The notes below the pieces were generated by a model. That model was not told where the DNA came from. It saw nothing but the letters and a program-made list of their open reading frames with translations, and made no database searches. Shown one piece after another: positions 10,465 to 20,154 of a stretch of DNA of 64,000 bases. The first letter of the stretch is position 1. Each line of letters begins with the position of its first letter. Where the stretch lies: positions 2,852,001 through 2,916,000 of the forward strand of contig CAKKNE010000002.1 of the NCBI GenBank assembly GCA_918797485.1. Direction: 5' to 3'. This DNA is from Pelagomonas calceolata. Its lineage: Eukaryota. The position numbers and the translations under genes are program-made.

Positions 10465-11175
10465 TCACACGTCGCAGAGCCGGTCCAGGGCCAGCAATAC
10501 GCGGCGACCTTCCGTCGGCGCAGGCGACCGGTGCGCGGCAGCGGGGGCAAATAGGCCCGGCCAGCGCCTACCTTTCAACAGGCAGGCGGCGCCCGGCGGC
10601 GGCGACAGTTCTTCGCCGTCCGGGTCGGCTTTGAGCGCCCACGTGGGCAGCAGGTGGTCCACGTCGAGGCGCGCGCCGGGCGCGACGACCGTCGGCGAGC
10701 CCTCCAGCACCACCAAGCCCCTCAGCACGACGTCGTCCGTGTGGAGCCGCGGGCACGGCTGCGTCGCGCGGCCGCCGACCGCGACCGTCGCGCGGACGCG
10801 GACGCGGCCGCCGTCGCTCGCGGCGCCGAGGCATTCATCAAACCGCCGGGCGAGCTGCACGAAGCCCGGCGCCGCTTGTGATGCGTAGGACGCGTCGTCC
10901 GGCCAGAACGCCTCGGTCAGTGTTGATGCGACGTCCTCGACGCAGCAGTCACACTCGACGACGACCTCGGCGGCGCCCTCCAGCGCTGTGGCCCAGCCGG
11001 CGCCGTCGATCAGCGACGCGGCGTCCTCGACGAAGACAGCAGAGACCTCTCGCCGCTTTAGCAACCCCGGCACGGCGCCCCAATCGTTCGTCGTCGCGGC
11101 GCGGGTCGCGGTCGTCATCAGCACTGCCGTGGCGGTGCGACTGCAGGCTAGGAGCCACCACAGAGCGCGAGACAT
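10465..11175 (-). CDS. DUF1826-family protein with an N-terminal signal peptide
   Basis: Motifs CPRLHTDDVVLR, CLLKGRRWPG, AHRSP and RVLLALD. Confidence 0.75.
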   Translation of the reverse strand: MSRALWWLLACSRTATAVLMTTATRAATTNDWGAVPGLLKRREVSAVFVEDAASLIDGAGWATALEGAAEVVVECDCCVEDVASTLTEAFWPDDASYASQAAPGFVQLARRFDECLGAASDGGRVRVRATVAVGGRATQPCPRLHTDDVVLRGLVVLEGSPTVVAPGARLDVDHLLPTWALKADPDGEELSPPPGAACLLKGRRWPGLFAPAAAHRSPAPTEGRRVLLALDRLCDV

Positions 11176-11311
11176 TGTGTGCTGCTGTGACTTGTTTTGT
11201 GAGGGCTTGGCTCAGAGAGCCACAGAGATGTTCGCAGCGCAAGATGGTCGAATTGATTCAAAATTTATTGGCTAATGCACGCATGCGGAGCAGCTCAGCT
11301 TTTTCATCGAT

Positions 11312-11335
11312 CCTAGTGTCTTACTGGACGCTAGC
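11312..11335 (+). promoter_or_regulatory. Upstream 24-bp motif, copy 2
   Basis: CCTAGTGTCTTACTGGACGCTAGC, about 150 bp before the thioredoxin ATG. Confidence 0.6.
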
Positions 11336-11482
11336 TAGTTGCATCGCGCCGAGGCAAAGCAGCAAGGGCAAGGCAAACCAGCAATAGATTGCGGAATTTT
11401 GCATTCATTCTCGATACTGCAGTACTAGCTTTCCGGCACTCAGCTCATCGCACCAGCCAGGACCACCTCTCATTCACACAGC

Positions 11483-11929
11483 ATGCACTGGACACACTTG
11501 CTAGCCCTCCTCGCCGCGGCGTCGGCCCGGCCGCAGCCACATCGATGGACGCGCGCCCGCCTCGACGTTAGAGGAGGCGCGAGCGACGCCGTCGCGACGC
11601 CCACGTCGCTCAACGAGCTGCAGCTGCTCTGCGAGAAGGAGGAGGGAGTGTGTGTGGTGGACTTCGGCGCGACCTGGTGCGGCCCCTGCCAGCGCATCGC
11701 GCCCGTCTTCGACCAGCTCGCCGAGGGCTGCCCCGACGCGCTCTTCGCGAAAGTGGACGTCGACGAGGTGCCCGACGCGTCGCAGCACTACAGTGTGTCC
11801 GCGCTGCCGACGTTCCTCGTCTTCAAGGACGGCAAGGAGGTCGCGCGCATCCAGGGCGCCGACGAGGCCGGCCTGCGGGCCGCGTTGGACAAGGCGGGCT
11901 GCCCGCCGCCCAAGAACGACATCTTCTAA
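11483..11929 (+). CDS. Thioredoxin with signal peptide
   Basis: Active site VDFGATWCGPC, plus FAKVDVDE and ALPTFLVFKDG; hydrophobic leader followed by VRGG. Confidence 0.92.
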   Translation: MHWTHLLALLAAASARPQPHRWTRARLDVRGGASDAVATPTSLNELQLLCEKEEGVCVVDFGATWCGPCQRIAPVFDQLAEGCPDALFAKVDVDEVPDASQHYSVSALPTFLVFKDGKEVARIQGADEAGLRAALDKAGCPPPKNDIF

Positions 11930-12705
11930 GTTATCCTTACACACACTTCGACCGTCCACAGGACGGGGTCCGACGTCTCGATAGATACGAGATCGTCCTG
12001 CAGCAGGTTCGAGGACGACACCAACTCGCCGAACGCGAGGCGTTGACCGGAGAGGTTCCACGTCAATCCTGTCGTCGTGACGCGTTGGACCGCGCCGCCG
12101 ACGGGTATCAGGCCGCAGTGCGGGCCCTCCACATCCCGTCGTACGCGGATCTCGTGCGCGCCGGCGCCGAGCAGGATCGCGGCCGTGCGGTCGCCGTGCA
12201 AGACGCAACGCGCCTTTGGCCGCTGCGCCCCGAAGCGGTAGAGCGCGTCGACGGCGGCGAGCTCGTGGTCGAAGCGGTCCCCAAACGCGCCGGCGACGCG
12301 CACGACGCCGTCCGAGACGCCCGCGGCGTCCCATCGTCGACCGACGTGCGCGAGGGCCTTCGAGAGGTCGTTCGAGTCCTGGTCCTCGACGCGGTGGATG
12401 GCGCAGCCCCTGGACTCGTAGGCCGCCAGGACGTCGGCGCGCGCGCTGTCGAGGTCGCCGACCACGGCGTCGGGCGCGCGGTCCGCGCCCAGTAAATCGT
12501 GCGCGCGGTTCGCGCCGCCGTCGGCGCAGCACACGTAGTCGCTCGCATCCCAGAGCTTTTCGAGCAGCGGCGCGCCGCAGGACTCCGAGTTCAGCACGAC
12601 GAGGGACTGGTTGGCGGTGGCTGGCTGCTGCAGGAAGGCGTGCAGGTCGTGACGTGTTACCGCTGCTTTCGTCGCCATGAATCGTCGCAGGCTTCGGAAA
12701 ATCAT
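11926..12705 (-). CDS. TPK1: Thiamine pyrophosphokinase
   Basis: Motifs CADGGAN, VVGDLDS, DQDSNDLSKAL, GDRFDH, TTTGLTWNL and GELVSSSN. Confidence 0.92.
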   Translation of the reverse strand: MIFRSLRRFMATKAAVTRHDLHAFLQQPATANQSLVVLNSESCGAPLLEKLWDASDYVCCADGGANRAHDLLGADRAPDAVVGDLDSARADVLAAYESRGCAIHRVEDQDSNDLSKALAHVGRRWDAAGVSDGVVRVAGAFGDRFDHELAAVDALYRFGAQRPKARCVLHGDRTAAILLGAGAHEIRVRRDVEGPHCGLIPVGGAVQRVTTTGLTWNLSGQRLAFGELVSSSNLLQDDLVSIETSDPVLWTVEVCVRIT

Positions 12706-12959
12706 GCGTTTTCTGCGTTGAGGGAGCTGCTCTCCCAGCTTGGCAGCAGCTCTCACAGCCTTTGTGAGCACCTAGCGCGCGCGCCTCGGCACCGCTCGGG
12801 TGATTTCATCAAGGCGACCAGTGGACCACCAAGTAACCAACCTTTGCTTCGCCGGCCGGCGTAGCGTCGCCGCTCAGCCATACAGGCAGCACCCCTGCAG
12901 CGCCCTGCTCGCCTCTGCGCGGCGCGAGTTGGCAAAGCACCGCACGCGCAGCCGTGTGC

Positions 12960-13880
12960 ATGCGCCTGGCCCTCTGCAGCTGCACCCTCGCGACCGGCTT
13001 GCGCATGGCGTCGACGACGCCGCAAAAGGCGGCGCGGCGCCAGGCGACGACCGCCGGAACGCCGGCGAAGCGGCCGAAGACTTCTCCACACTTCCGCAAG
13101 GGCGCGTTCCCGCCCGTCGTCGACGAGCAAACGCGGCCGCACACGCTCCTCCTCGGGACGCAGCCGTCGGACACGTCGCTGCGCGAGAACCGCTATTTCA
13201 TGACCAACGCGAACGTCTTCTGGCACATCGTGGGCGATGCGCTGGGCTTCCGGCGCGGGTTCCACGTCGACGGCCGCACAGAAGCCTGCGACTTCATCCG
13301 GCCGCACCTCCTCCACGACGAAGAATTGGACTACGACGACGCCGTGAAAAAGTTCACGGGCGCCGGCTACGCGCTCTGGGACACGGTGGCCTCCTCGCAG
13401 CGCAAGGGTTCCTTGGACTCGGCCATACAAGACGCGGAGTACGCCGACGTCCGCGGGCTACTGCGGACGTACCCGTCGATCCGCCGGATCTGCTTCGCGA
13501 CGGGTGGGGGGTCCGCCAAGATCTTCGCGAAGGCGCACGCGGCGTGGCTGAAGGAGCCGGGCGCGTTCCGGCGCCGCGACGACGCCCTAGCAAAGGCGGC
13601 GTTCCCGAAGGTGCCGACGACCGGCGAGGGAGTGGAGCTCTGCATCCTGCTCTCCGCCTCGCCGGCGTCGAACCCGCGCGAGACCTGGAGCGCCGCCAAA
13701 CAGCGACAGAAGGGCCACTCCGATCAGTGGGCCGCGCGGCCCGCGGCGCTCTACCCCTTCAAAAGGCGGCAGTGGTTCGACGTTTGTTTTGCCGACGAGC
13801 CGTTGGTTCGTGCCGCGGCGCCGTTCGGCGCTTTGGCTTCTGACTACCGGGCGGACGAGGAGGGCGGGGACAAGTCGTAA
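12960..13880 (+). CDS. Uracil-DNA glycosylase superfamily protein, family 6 (hypoxanthine-DNA glycosylase)-like
   Basis: Motifs LLLGTQPSDTSL..RYF..NANVFW, ALWDTVASSQRKGSLDSAI and LLSASPA. Confidence 0.75.
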   Translation: MRLALCSCTLATGLRMASTTPQKAARRQATTAGTPAKRPKTSPHFRKGAFPPVVDEQTRPHTLLLGTQPSDTSLRENRYFMTNANVFWHIVGDALGFRRGFHVDGRTEACDFIRPHLLHDEELDYDDAVKKFTGAGYALWDTVASSQRKGSLDSAIQDAEYADVRGLLRTYPSIRRICFATGGGSAKIFAKAHAAWLKEPGAFRRRDDALAKAAFPKVPTTGEGVELCILLSASPASNPRETWSAAKQRQKGHSDQWAARPAALYPFKRRQWFDVCFADEPLVRAAAPFGALASDYRADEEGGDKS

Positions 13881-14179
13881 CTGAGGCTGAGGCTAGTTAC
13901 GTCGCAGGGTTCCCCGTACCCCTCCCGCTCCCCCCGGGCCCACCCGTCCGGCTGGACTAGGACGCAAGGGCTGAGTCACAGGGACTCGCACGCCCCCCCT
14001 TCTTTCGGGACGACCCCCGTCAGGATGTGGAACTGGCCGCTGGCTCCTCTTTTACGACGAGCCGGAAATCGAGTGGTGAGAGAGATGCCCTCGCACACCA
14101 GGCCGAGCAATCCTGAAACGGGGAGCGAGAGCTCCGACCCGCCCAGACGGCCCTTAACAGGCTCAGGCTCAGGCAACAT

Positions 14180-14203
14180 GCTAGTGTCTTACAGGCCGCT
14201 AGG
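14180..14203 (+). promoter_or_regulatory. Upstream 24-bp motif, copy 3
   Basis: GCTAGTGTCTTACAGGCCGCTAGG, about 135 bp before the PEPC ATG. Confidence 0.65.
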
Positions 14204-14338
14204 ACGAAAATATAACACCAATTTCTGCATTCGCTACCGCCACCCAGGGTATCACGAACCCAAGTAGCAAGAGCAAGCGCATTTTGTCCACCGCTGGCCG
14301 GCTCCCAGCAGGAGTAAGATAGCAAAAGGGCTTAGACC

Positions 14339-17269
14339 ATGCTGCTCCGCAGGGCCGCCCGGCGCCTCCGCCCGCAAACGCGCGGCCTATCGGCGATGCC
14401 GACGAGTTTCGCCGACTACGCGGAGGCCGACGAGACGATGCAGGACTACGCGGGCAACGTCCGGCGCCTCGGCCGGCTCTTGGGCGAGCGAGTCGCGGCG
14501 AACCAGGAGGGCGCAACGGTAGTGGCCGTCGTCGAGCGCTTCCGCCACCATGCCAAAAAATATCGCGACGCCCGCGAGGCCGGCCACGAGGCCGAGGCGG
14601 CGCAGACCTTCGAGAGCATGGCGAACGAGATCGCGTCGCTCGCGCCGGGGACGTTACGGGACGTCGCGCGGAGCTTCGCGCACTTCCTCGCGCTGTCGAA
14701 CGCCGCCGAACAAGAACATCGCGTCCGGCGCCTCGAGGCGCACCGCGGCGACGGCGCGCCCTTGTACCCGGGCAAAACCGACAGCTGCGCGGGCACGCTG
14801 GATTATCTGCTCGACGAGGAGCACGTCGATATGACCAAGATCGAGGCCGCCCTCGCGTCGCAGCAACTGGAGATCGTCCTGACGGCGCACCCGACGGAGG
14901 TGAATAGAAGAACCATTCTCTCGAAGCACCGGCGCGTCGCCGAGTTACTTGCAAAAAGGCCGGACACGCAAGGTTATGAGAGGAATGAGGTCGATCGGGA
15001 ACTAGCGGGCGTGGTCAGCGCCTTGTGGGGGTCGGATGAACTGCGCCGCGCGAAGCCGTCGCCGCAGCAGGAGGCGCGAGGTGGGTTAGCGGTCGTCGAG
15101 ACGTCGCTCTGGGAGGCCTTGCCCGACTTCCTGCGGCGCCTGGACGCGACCCTCAAGGCGCGTGGCGGCCGCCTCCCCCTCACGTCGGCACCGGTGCGAC
15201 TGGCCTCGTGGATGGGCGGCGACCGCGACGGGAATCCCAACGTCACGGCGCCGGTGACGCGGGAGACGGTGGCGGCGCAGCGGCGCATGGCCGCCGGACT
15301 CCTCTTGGTGGAGCTCGACGCGTTGCGCACGGATTTGAGCATGAAGCAGTGCACCGCTCCGGTGACGCAGCTCGCGGAGGAGTCGGGCGCGCCTTCACTA
15401 GAAAAATTGGACGCGCCATACAAGGCTATCTTGGACGGCCTCGTGGGGCGGTTGCGCGCGACGGTGGCCTGGGCCGATAACGAATTGAGTTCTGACAACG
15501 CGCTGAAGGACTTCCCGAAGGAAAGCCGGAACTCCCTCGCGTCGCGCTTCGGGCGCGTGGCCAAGGCCGACGGCGTCAAGGGCAAGGCGCCCCTCTTCGA
15601 CGAGAGCGAGCTGCTCGAGCCGTTGCAGGCGATGCACGCGTCGCTGTGTGCCACGGGCTTCGAGGACTGGGCGGAGGGACGATTGGTCGACACGATCCGG
15701 AGGGTGGGCGCGTTCGGGTTGCAATTAGCCCCGTTAGACGTCCGGCAGGAGTCGACGCGCCACGCGAACGCGATTGATGCATTACGAGCGTTCGCGGGCG
15801 TGGGCGAAGCCGGAAGCTACATCGCCATGTCCGACGACGAGAAGGTCGCGTACCTGTCGCAGGAGCTATCAACGAATAGGCCTTTACTGAGACGAGGCCA
15901 GCTCGAGGAGCTGGTGAAGGGCGACTTCATTCCCGATGCGGTGGATAGGGACGTCCTCGCGACGGCGCTGGTGGTTGCCGAGGCGCCTCCGAATAGTTTT
16001 GGGGCCTATGTCATCTCGCAGGCGACGTCCGCCGCCGACGTCTTGGCTGTTGAACTACTGTTAGCGGAAGCCGGAGCCGGCGCGGACCGCCCGAACTGCA
16101 AGCGCATCGTGCCGCTCTTCGAGACGCTAGACGACTTGACCAATGGTCCTTCATCATTAGAAAAGCTCTTTTCGAGCGAAGGCTATTTGGAGAGGGTGCA
16201 GCACCGCCAGGAGATCATGGTCGGCTACTCCGATTCAGCAAAGGACGCCGGTCGATTGGCGGCCTGGTGGGCCCAGTACGAGGGCCAGGAGAAGATGTTG
16301 GCCGTGTGCCAACAGTTCGGGGTCGAGCCGACGTTCTTCCACGGCAAAGGCGGCACGGTTGGTAGAGGGGGCAACCCCGAAACGTATCGGGCTATTTTAG
16401 CCCACCCGCCGGACACGATCCAGGGGCGGTTTCGGGTCACAGAACAGGGCGAGATGATCACGTTCAATTTCGGCGAGCCCAAGATCGCGGAACGGACGCT
16501 AGACATCTTCACGGCGGCGATTCTGCGAGATCATGTCGGTTCTTCCGAAGAGCGGAAAGTGGAGGATAAGTGGCGCCAGACGATGGCCAAGCTCTCGAAG
16601 CTGTCGTGTGCCGCGTACCGGAAAGTGGTCCGAGAAACGCCGGACTTCGTGCCGTTCTTCCGCAAGGCCACACCCGAGCTCGAACTGGCCGCGTTGAACG
16701 TCGGTTCTCGACCGGCGAAAAGGAACCCCACGGGCGGCGTCGAATCTCTGAGAGCGATCCCCTGGATTTTTGCGTGGGAACAAACTAGATTATCGTTGCC
16801 CGCGTGGCTCGGGATCGGCGAGGGCTTCGACGGCGTGCAGCCGGAGGAACTCACGGACATGTACGACAAGTGGCCCTGGTTCCGGACCAACGTCGATCTC
16901 ATCGAAACGACATTAGCAAAGACGGAGCCGGGCATCGCGGCGCATTACGAGAAGTTACTCGTCGATGACGCCAATCTGGATGCGCTGGGTTCTGATTTAC
17001 GGGAGCGGCTCAAAACGACAACCGAGGCGGTCTTGCGCGTGTCGGGACGCGACTCGCCGGCGGACGACAATATTATACTACAAAGAGCGTTGAGGCTGCG
17101 CAACCCGTACGTCGACGTGCTCAACCTCTTACAAGCCGAGTTACTACAGCGCAAGCGCACGATCGCGAAGCTCGCGCCGCCCGGCAGCGCGGCCGACGAC
17201 GAGGCTCTAGATGATGCGTTGCTCGTGACGATCAACGGCATCGCGGCCGGCATGCAGAAGAGCGGCTAG
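14339..17269 (+). CDS. PEPC: Phosphoenolpyruvate carboxylase, probably mitochondrial
   Basis: Motifs VLTAHPTE, SWMGGDRDGNPNV, QEIMVGYSDSAKDAG, FHGKGGTVGRGG, TEQGEM and SLRAIPWIF; Arg-rich presequence MLLRRAARRLRPQTRGLS. Confidence 0.97.
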   Translation: MLLRRAARRLRPQTRGLSAMPTSFADYAEADETMQDYAGNVRRLGRLLGERVAANQEGATVVAVVERFRHHAKKYRDAREAGHEAEAAQTFESMANEIASLAPGTLRDVARSFAHFLALSNAAEQEHRVRRLEAHRGDGAPLYPGKTDSCAGTLDYLLDEEHVDMTKIEAALASQQLEIVLTAHPTEVNRRTILSKHRRVAELLAKRPDTQGYERNEVDRELAGVVSALWGSDELRRAKPSPQQEARGGLAVVETSLWEALPDFLRRLDATLKARGGRLPLTSAPVRLASWMGGDRDGNPNVTAPVTRETVAAQRRMAAGLLLVELDALRTDLSMKQCTAPVTQLAEESGAPSLEKLDAPYKAILDGLVGRLRATVAWADNELSSDNALKDFPKESRNSLASRFGRVAKADGVKGKAPLFDESELLEPLQAMHASLCATGFEDWAEGRLVDTIRRVGAFGLQLAPLDVRQESTRHANAIDALRAFAGVGEAGSYIAMSDDEKVAYLSQELSTNRPLLRRGQLEELVKGDFIPDAVDRDVLATALVVAEAPPNSFGAYVISQATSAADVLAVELLLAEAGAGADRPNCKRIVPLFETLDDLTNGPSSLEKLFSSEGYLERVQHRQEIMVGYSDSAKDAGRLAAWWAQYEGQEKMLAVCQQFGVEPTFFHGKGGTVGRGGNPETYRAILAHPPDTIQGRFRVTEQGEMITFNFGEPKIAERTLDIFTAAILRDHVGSSEERKVEDKWRQTMAKLSKLSCAAYRKVVRETPDFVPFFRKATPELELAALNVGSRPAKRNPTGGVESLRAIPWIFAWEQTRLSLPAWLGIGEGFDGVQPEELTDMYDKWPWFRTNVDLIETTLAKTEPGIAAHYEKLLVDDANLDALGSDLRERLKTTTEAVLRVSGRDSPADDNIILQRALRLRNPYVDVLNLLQAELLQRKRTIAKLAPPGSAADDEALDDALLVTINGIAAGMQKSG

Positions 17270-17414
17270 ATATCATATATCCCCTCGCGCGCGTTTCTGC
17301 AGCCGCTCGTGCCTGACGCTCATCGTACATACCCCTTCTACATAAGAAATCTGTCCAGTCTGCTTTGCTTCGAGCTAGGCCGCCTAGCCTTGAAACTTTT
17401 CACACTACTAAGAC

Positions 17415-18443
17415 TTAGTCGCTCAGGTCGGCCGTCGCGACGGCGGGCGACGTGAGCGGCCGCGGCGACCGGCGCACGGACGCGGGCGGCGCCTCGGCGA
17501 AGGTCTCGAGCAGTGCCGCGGCCAGGCCCGGCGCGTCGTCCAGCGCCGCCGCCAGGAACGTCGCGCAGCGGTCGTAGACCCACGACGGCCGCGGCGAGTT
17601 GTGCTCGCCGTCGAAGACGAGCAAGGTGGACGGCGCCTTATAGAGCGCCTCGAGCGGTCGCGCGTGCGTCGCCGGCGCGGCCAGCTTGTCGCGCGCGCCC
17701 GCCAGAAACAACGCCGGCGCCGTCGCGGCCGCGGCGGCCCGCCCGCAGTCGACCTTCGTCGGGTTGCAGCCCTTCGTCCGCCGCCGGGCCGAGCACGCGA
17801 GGCAGCACATGACGCAGGCGACGCCGCATTTCGGCGCCTTGGGCGCCGCGCGCTGGATCAGGTCGTTCTTCAACGCGCGGAAGCTGAGAAACGGCGAGTC
17901 GAGGATGAGCCCCCGCACCTCGTCGGGGTACTTCTCGCCATGTAATAAAGCGGCGGCGGCGCCCATGCTCCGGCCCCAAATACAAACTCTGGCGCCGGGC
18001 GCCCACCTTCGTACCTCGGCGAGGACGGCCTCGACCTGGTCCCTCTCTCTCAGGCCTAGGGTGACGGTGTCGCCCTCGCTGATGCCGCAGCCCGCGAAAT
18101 CAAAAGACACGAGAGCAGCGCGAGCGCAGGCGCACGTCGCGAGCACCGGTGACCTCACGACCGCGAGGCGACAGCTACTGTTGGAGTGGAGATATAACAC
18201 AACTTTCTTCGGTCGAGGCTCGCCCTCCCGCGCCCAGCGGCTGCATTTCAATTTAAGCTTGTTGTGGACCACCTCGAAGTCCGTGCGCTCGTAGACGGCG
18301 CCTCGCAACGCCTTAAGCGTGGGGCCGAGGTCCTCCGTCGTGTAGGCGATGCGCGGCGGCCGCACGACCGTTTTGACGAGGTTGTCGTAGCCCCGTCGTA
18401 TCAGTGTGATTTTAGACTCCTTCTTCTTCGGCGGCTCGGTCAT
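17415..18443 (-). CDS. Alpha/beta hydrolase (YqkD/ABHD-like)
   Basis: Motifs VRPPR..Y, YLHSNSSCR, FDFAGCGISEG, nucleophile WGRSMGA, DSPF and GEHNS. Confidence 0.85.
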   Translation of the reverse strand: MTEPPKKKESKITLIRRGYDNLVKTVVRPPRIAYTTEDLGPTLKALRGAVYERTDFEVVHNKLKLKCSRWAREGEPRPKKVVLYLHSNSSCRLAVVRSPVLATCACARAALVSFDFAGCGISEGDTVTLGLRERDQVEAVLAEVRRWAPGARVCIWGRSMGAAAALLHGEKYPDEVRGLILDSPFLSFRALKNDLIQRAAPKAPKCGVACVMCCLACSARRRTKGCNPTKVDCGRAAAAATAPALFLAGARDKLAAPATHARPLEALYKAPSTLLVFDGEHNSPRPSWVYDRCATFLAAALDDAPGLAAALLETFAEAPPASVRRSPRPLTSPAVATADLSD

Positions 18444-18813
18444 CGTCGGGACGCGGCGAGCTACTAATGGTGGTGGTGAGGAGTCCTCCTGTTGTGTGCT
18501 GGCTGCCTGAATCGTCGGTTTCGCGCTGCGCAGCGATTCGAAGAGATGCTCGCTGCGCTGAGGCGTTCAAAAGTGTTGTACCTTGTCGCCAGAAAGGCGC
18601 ACGCAGGCACGATGGCTGCGCGCTCGAGCTTTTTGGCGCCCTAGCCTAGCCTATAGGCCTAGCCTTGCTTAACCGACGGGTTTTTGCGCGCGGTCTTGCG
18701 GGACCCCTCCCCGCCCCAGGGGACTCGTCGCAGAGGTCGTGCAGCGATGTGCGGGAAAAAAAAGGGAACCGCCACCACAACCTTGGGTCTGCTGAACGCG
18801 GACGCGCCCCGGT

Positions 18814-18836
18814 GCTAGTGTCTCACTGCCGCTAGC
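18814..18836 (+). promoter_or_regulatory. Upstream 24-bp motif, copy 4
   Basis: GCTAGTGTCTCACTGCCGCTAGC, about 245 bp before ATG 19080. Confidence 0.55.
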
Positions 18837-19079
18837 TGCGCTTACTCCAACTTGCAGACGCTATGTCAGACGCTATGTAGACGCTATGTGCACAAGACGT
18901 GATCTGTGCGATGTGCTCAACGATTTAATCGCATCGATGCCAGAAGCAAAGATGCCAGCAGCCGCGCCGCCTCGTGCAAGGCGCTAATCGACCGGCACAA
19001 GTCCTCGTGCGCACAATTTCTGCTGCAGCTCGAAGTGCATGCGCTAATCTCTACCGCAAACGGCATAACATTCTCGTGC

Positions 19080-20111
19080 ATGCGACCCGCAGTGACGGCC
19101 TGCGCCGCGCTCGCCACGGCCGCGGCGCTGTGGAGCTGGCTCCGGCGTAGAAGGCGCCGCGAACTGGCGCGGCGCTACGCCTACGAACTGCTGGGAGACC
19201 CGCGCGTGCGCCGGTCGCTCGACCCGTACCCTTCCTCAACAACTGTGGCGGCGCTGTCGGCGCTGACAGGCGTGGCTACTGCAAAAATCCGCAAATTCTC
19301 GGCCGGCGCGCGCGACGGCGCCTGCGCGAGGCCCTGGCACGCCGACGGCGCGCCGCGGGCTGGCGGCCGCACGAAACGGAAGGCGTCGCACTACTACTTT
19401 GTGCTGCACAAGCCGCTGGGCGTGGTGACGCAGCGCGACGACGCGTCGACGAAGACCTACGTGCCACGGCCCGGCCGCAACGACAAGCGGTGGCGGCCGT
19501 GGCGCCGGCAGTATGTGCCGACGGTCTACGACGGCCTTCCAGATGGCTTCCCGCCCGTGCCGTCGGTGGGGCGCCTCGATAAAGAGACGAGCGGCCTTTT
19601 GCTGTTCACGGACGACGGCGCGCTCACGACGCGGCTCCTGCGGCCCGGAAGCGGGTGCGAAAAGACGTACGTGCTTGACGTGACGGGTGTGGTCAGCGAC
19701 GCCGCCCTCGCGTCATTGTCCGAGCCGCTCGACGACGTCACGAAGCACACGCGCGAGAAGGTCAGGACGGCGCCGGCGCGCGTGAAGGTCGTGAGCCGAA
19801 GCGATGAAGGAGCGCGCGTCGAAGTCGTCATTTCCGAAGGCCGTCACCACCAGGTCCGGCGCCTGGCCGCGCGCGCCGGGTTTGCGGTGGAGGCGCTCCA
19901 CCGGAAGGCGATGGGACCATTGCGCCTCGACGACCTCCCCGTCGGCGCGGCGCGGCCCCTGACCCCCGACGAGGTCCAGACCCTACTATCAAATTGCGGC
20001 CTGGAGAAGAAGCGCGGGCCTCCTCGGCCGCTCCCCGTCGCCGCGGCGCCGGAGCTCACGCGCGCCGCGGTCGAGGCGGCGATCGATGATCTTGTGAGGA
20101 GGCATCCTTGA
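19080..20111 (+). CDS. Pseudouridine synthase, RsuA/RluB/E/F family
   Basis: Motifs LHKPLGVV, VGRLDKETSGLLLFTDDG, EKTY and ISEGRHHQVRR. Confidence 0.9.
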   Translation: MRPAVTACAALATAAALWSWLRRRRRRELARRYAYELLGDPRVRRSLDPYPSSTTVAALSALTGVATAKIRKFSAGARDGACARPWHADGAPRAGGRTKRKASHYYFVLHKPLGVVTQRDDASTKTYVPRPGRNDKRWRPWRRQYVPTVYDGLPDGFPPVPSVGRLDKETSGLLLFTDDGALTTRLLRPGSGCEKTYVLDVTGVVSDAALASLSEPLDDVTKHTREKVRTAPARVKVVSRSDEGARVEVVISEGRHHQVRRLAARAGFAVEALHRKAMGPLRLDDLPVGAARPLTPDEVQTLLSNCGLEKKRGPPRPLPVAAAPELTRAAVEAAIDDLVRRHP

Positions 20112-20154
20112 TAAGTTTTGTTGTAGTACTATTTAACGAAACCCCTTGCACCCT

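Noticed and set aside
18856..18889. 3 x AGACGCTATGT micro-tandem repeat
   Set aside because: The repeat is real but short and isolated; probably replication slippage with no evidence of function.
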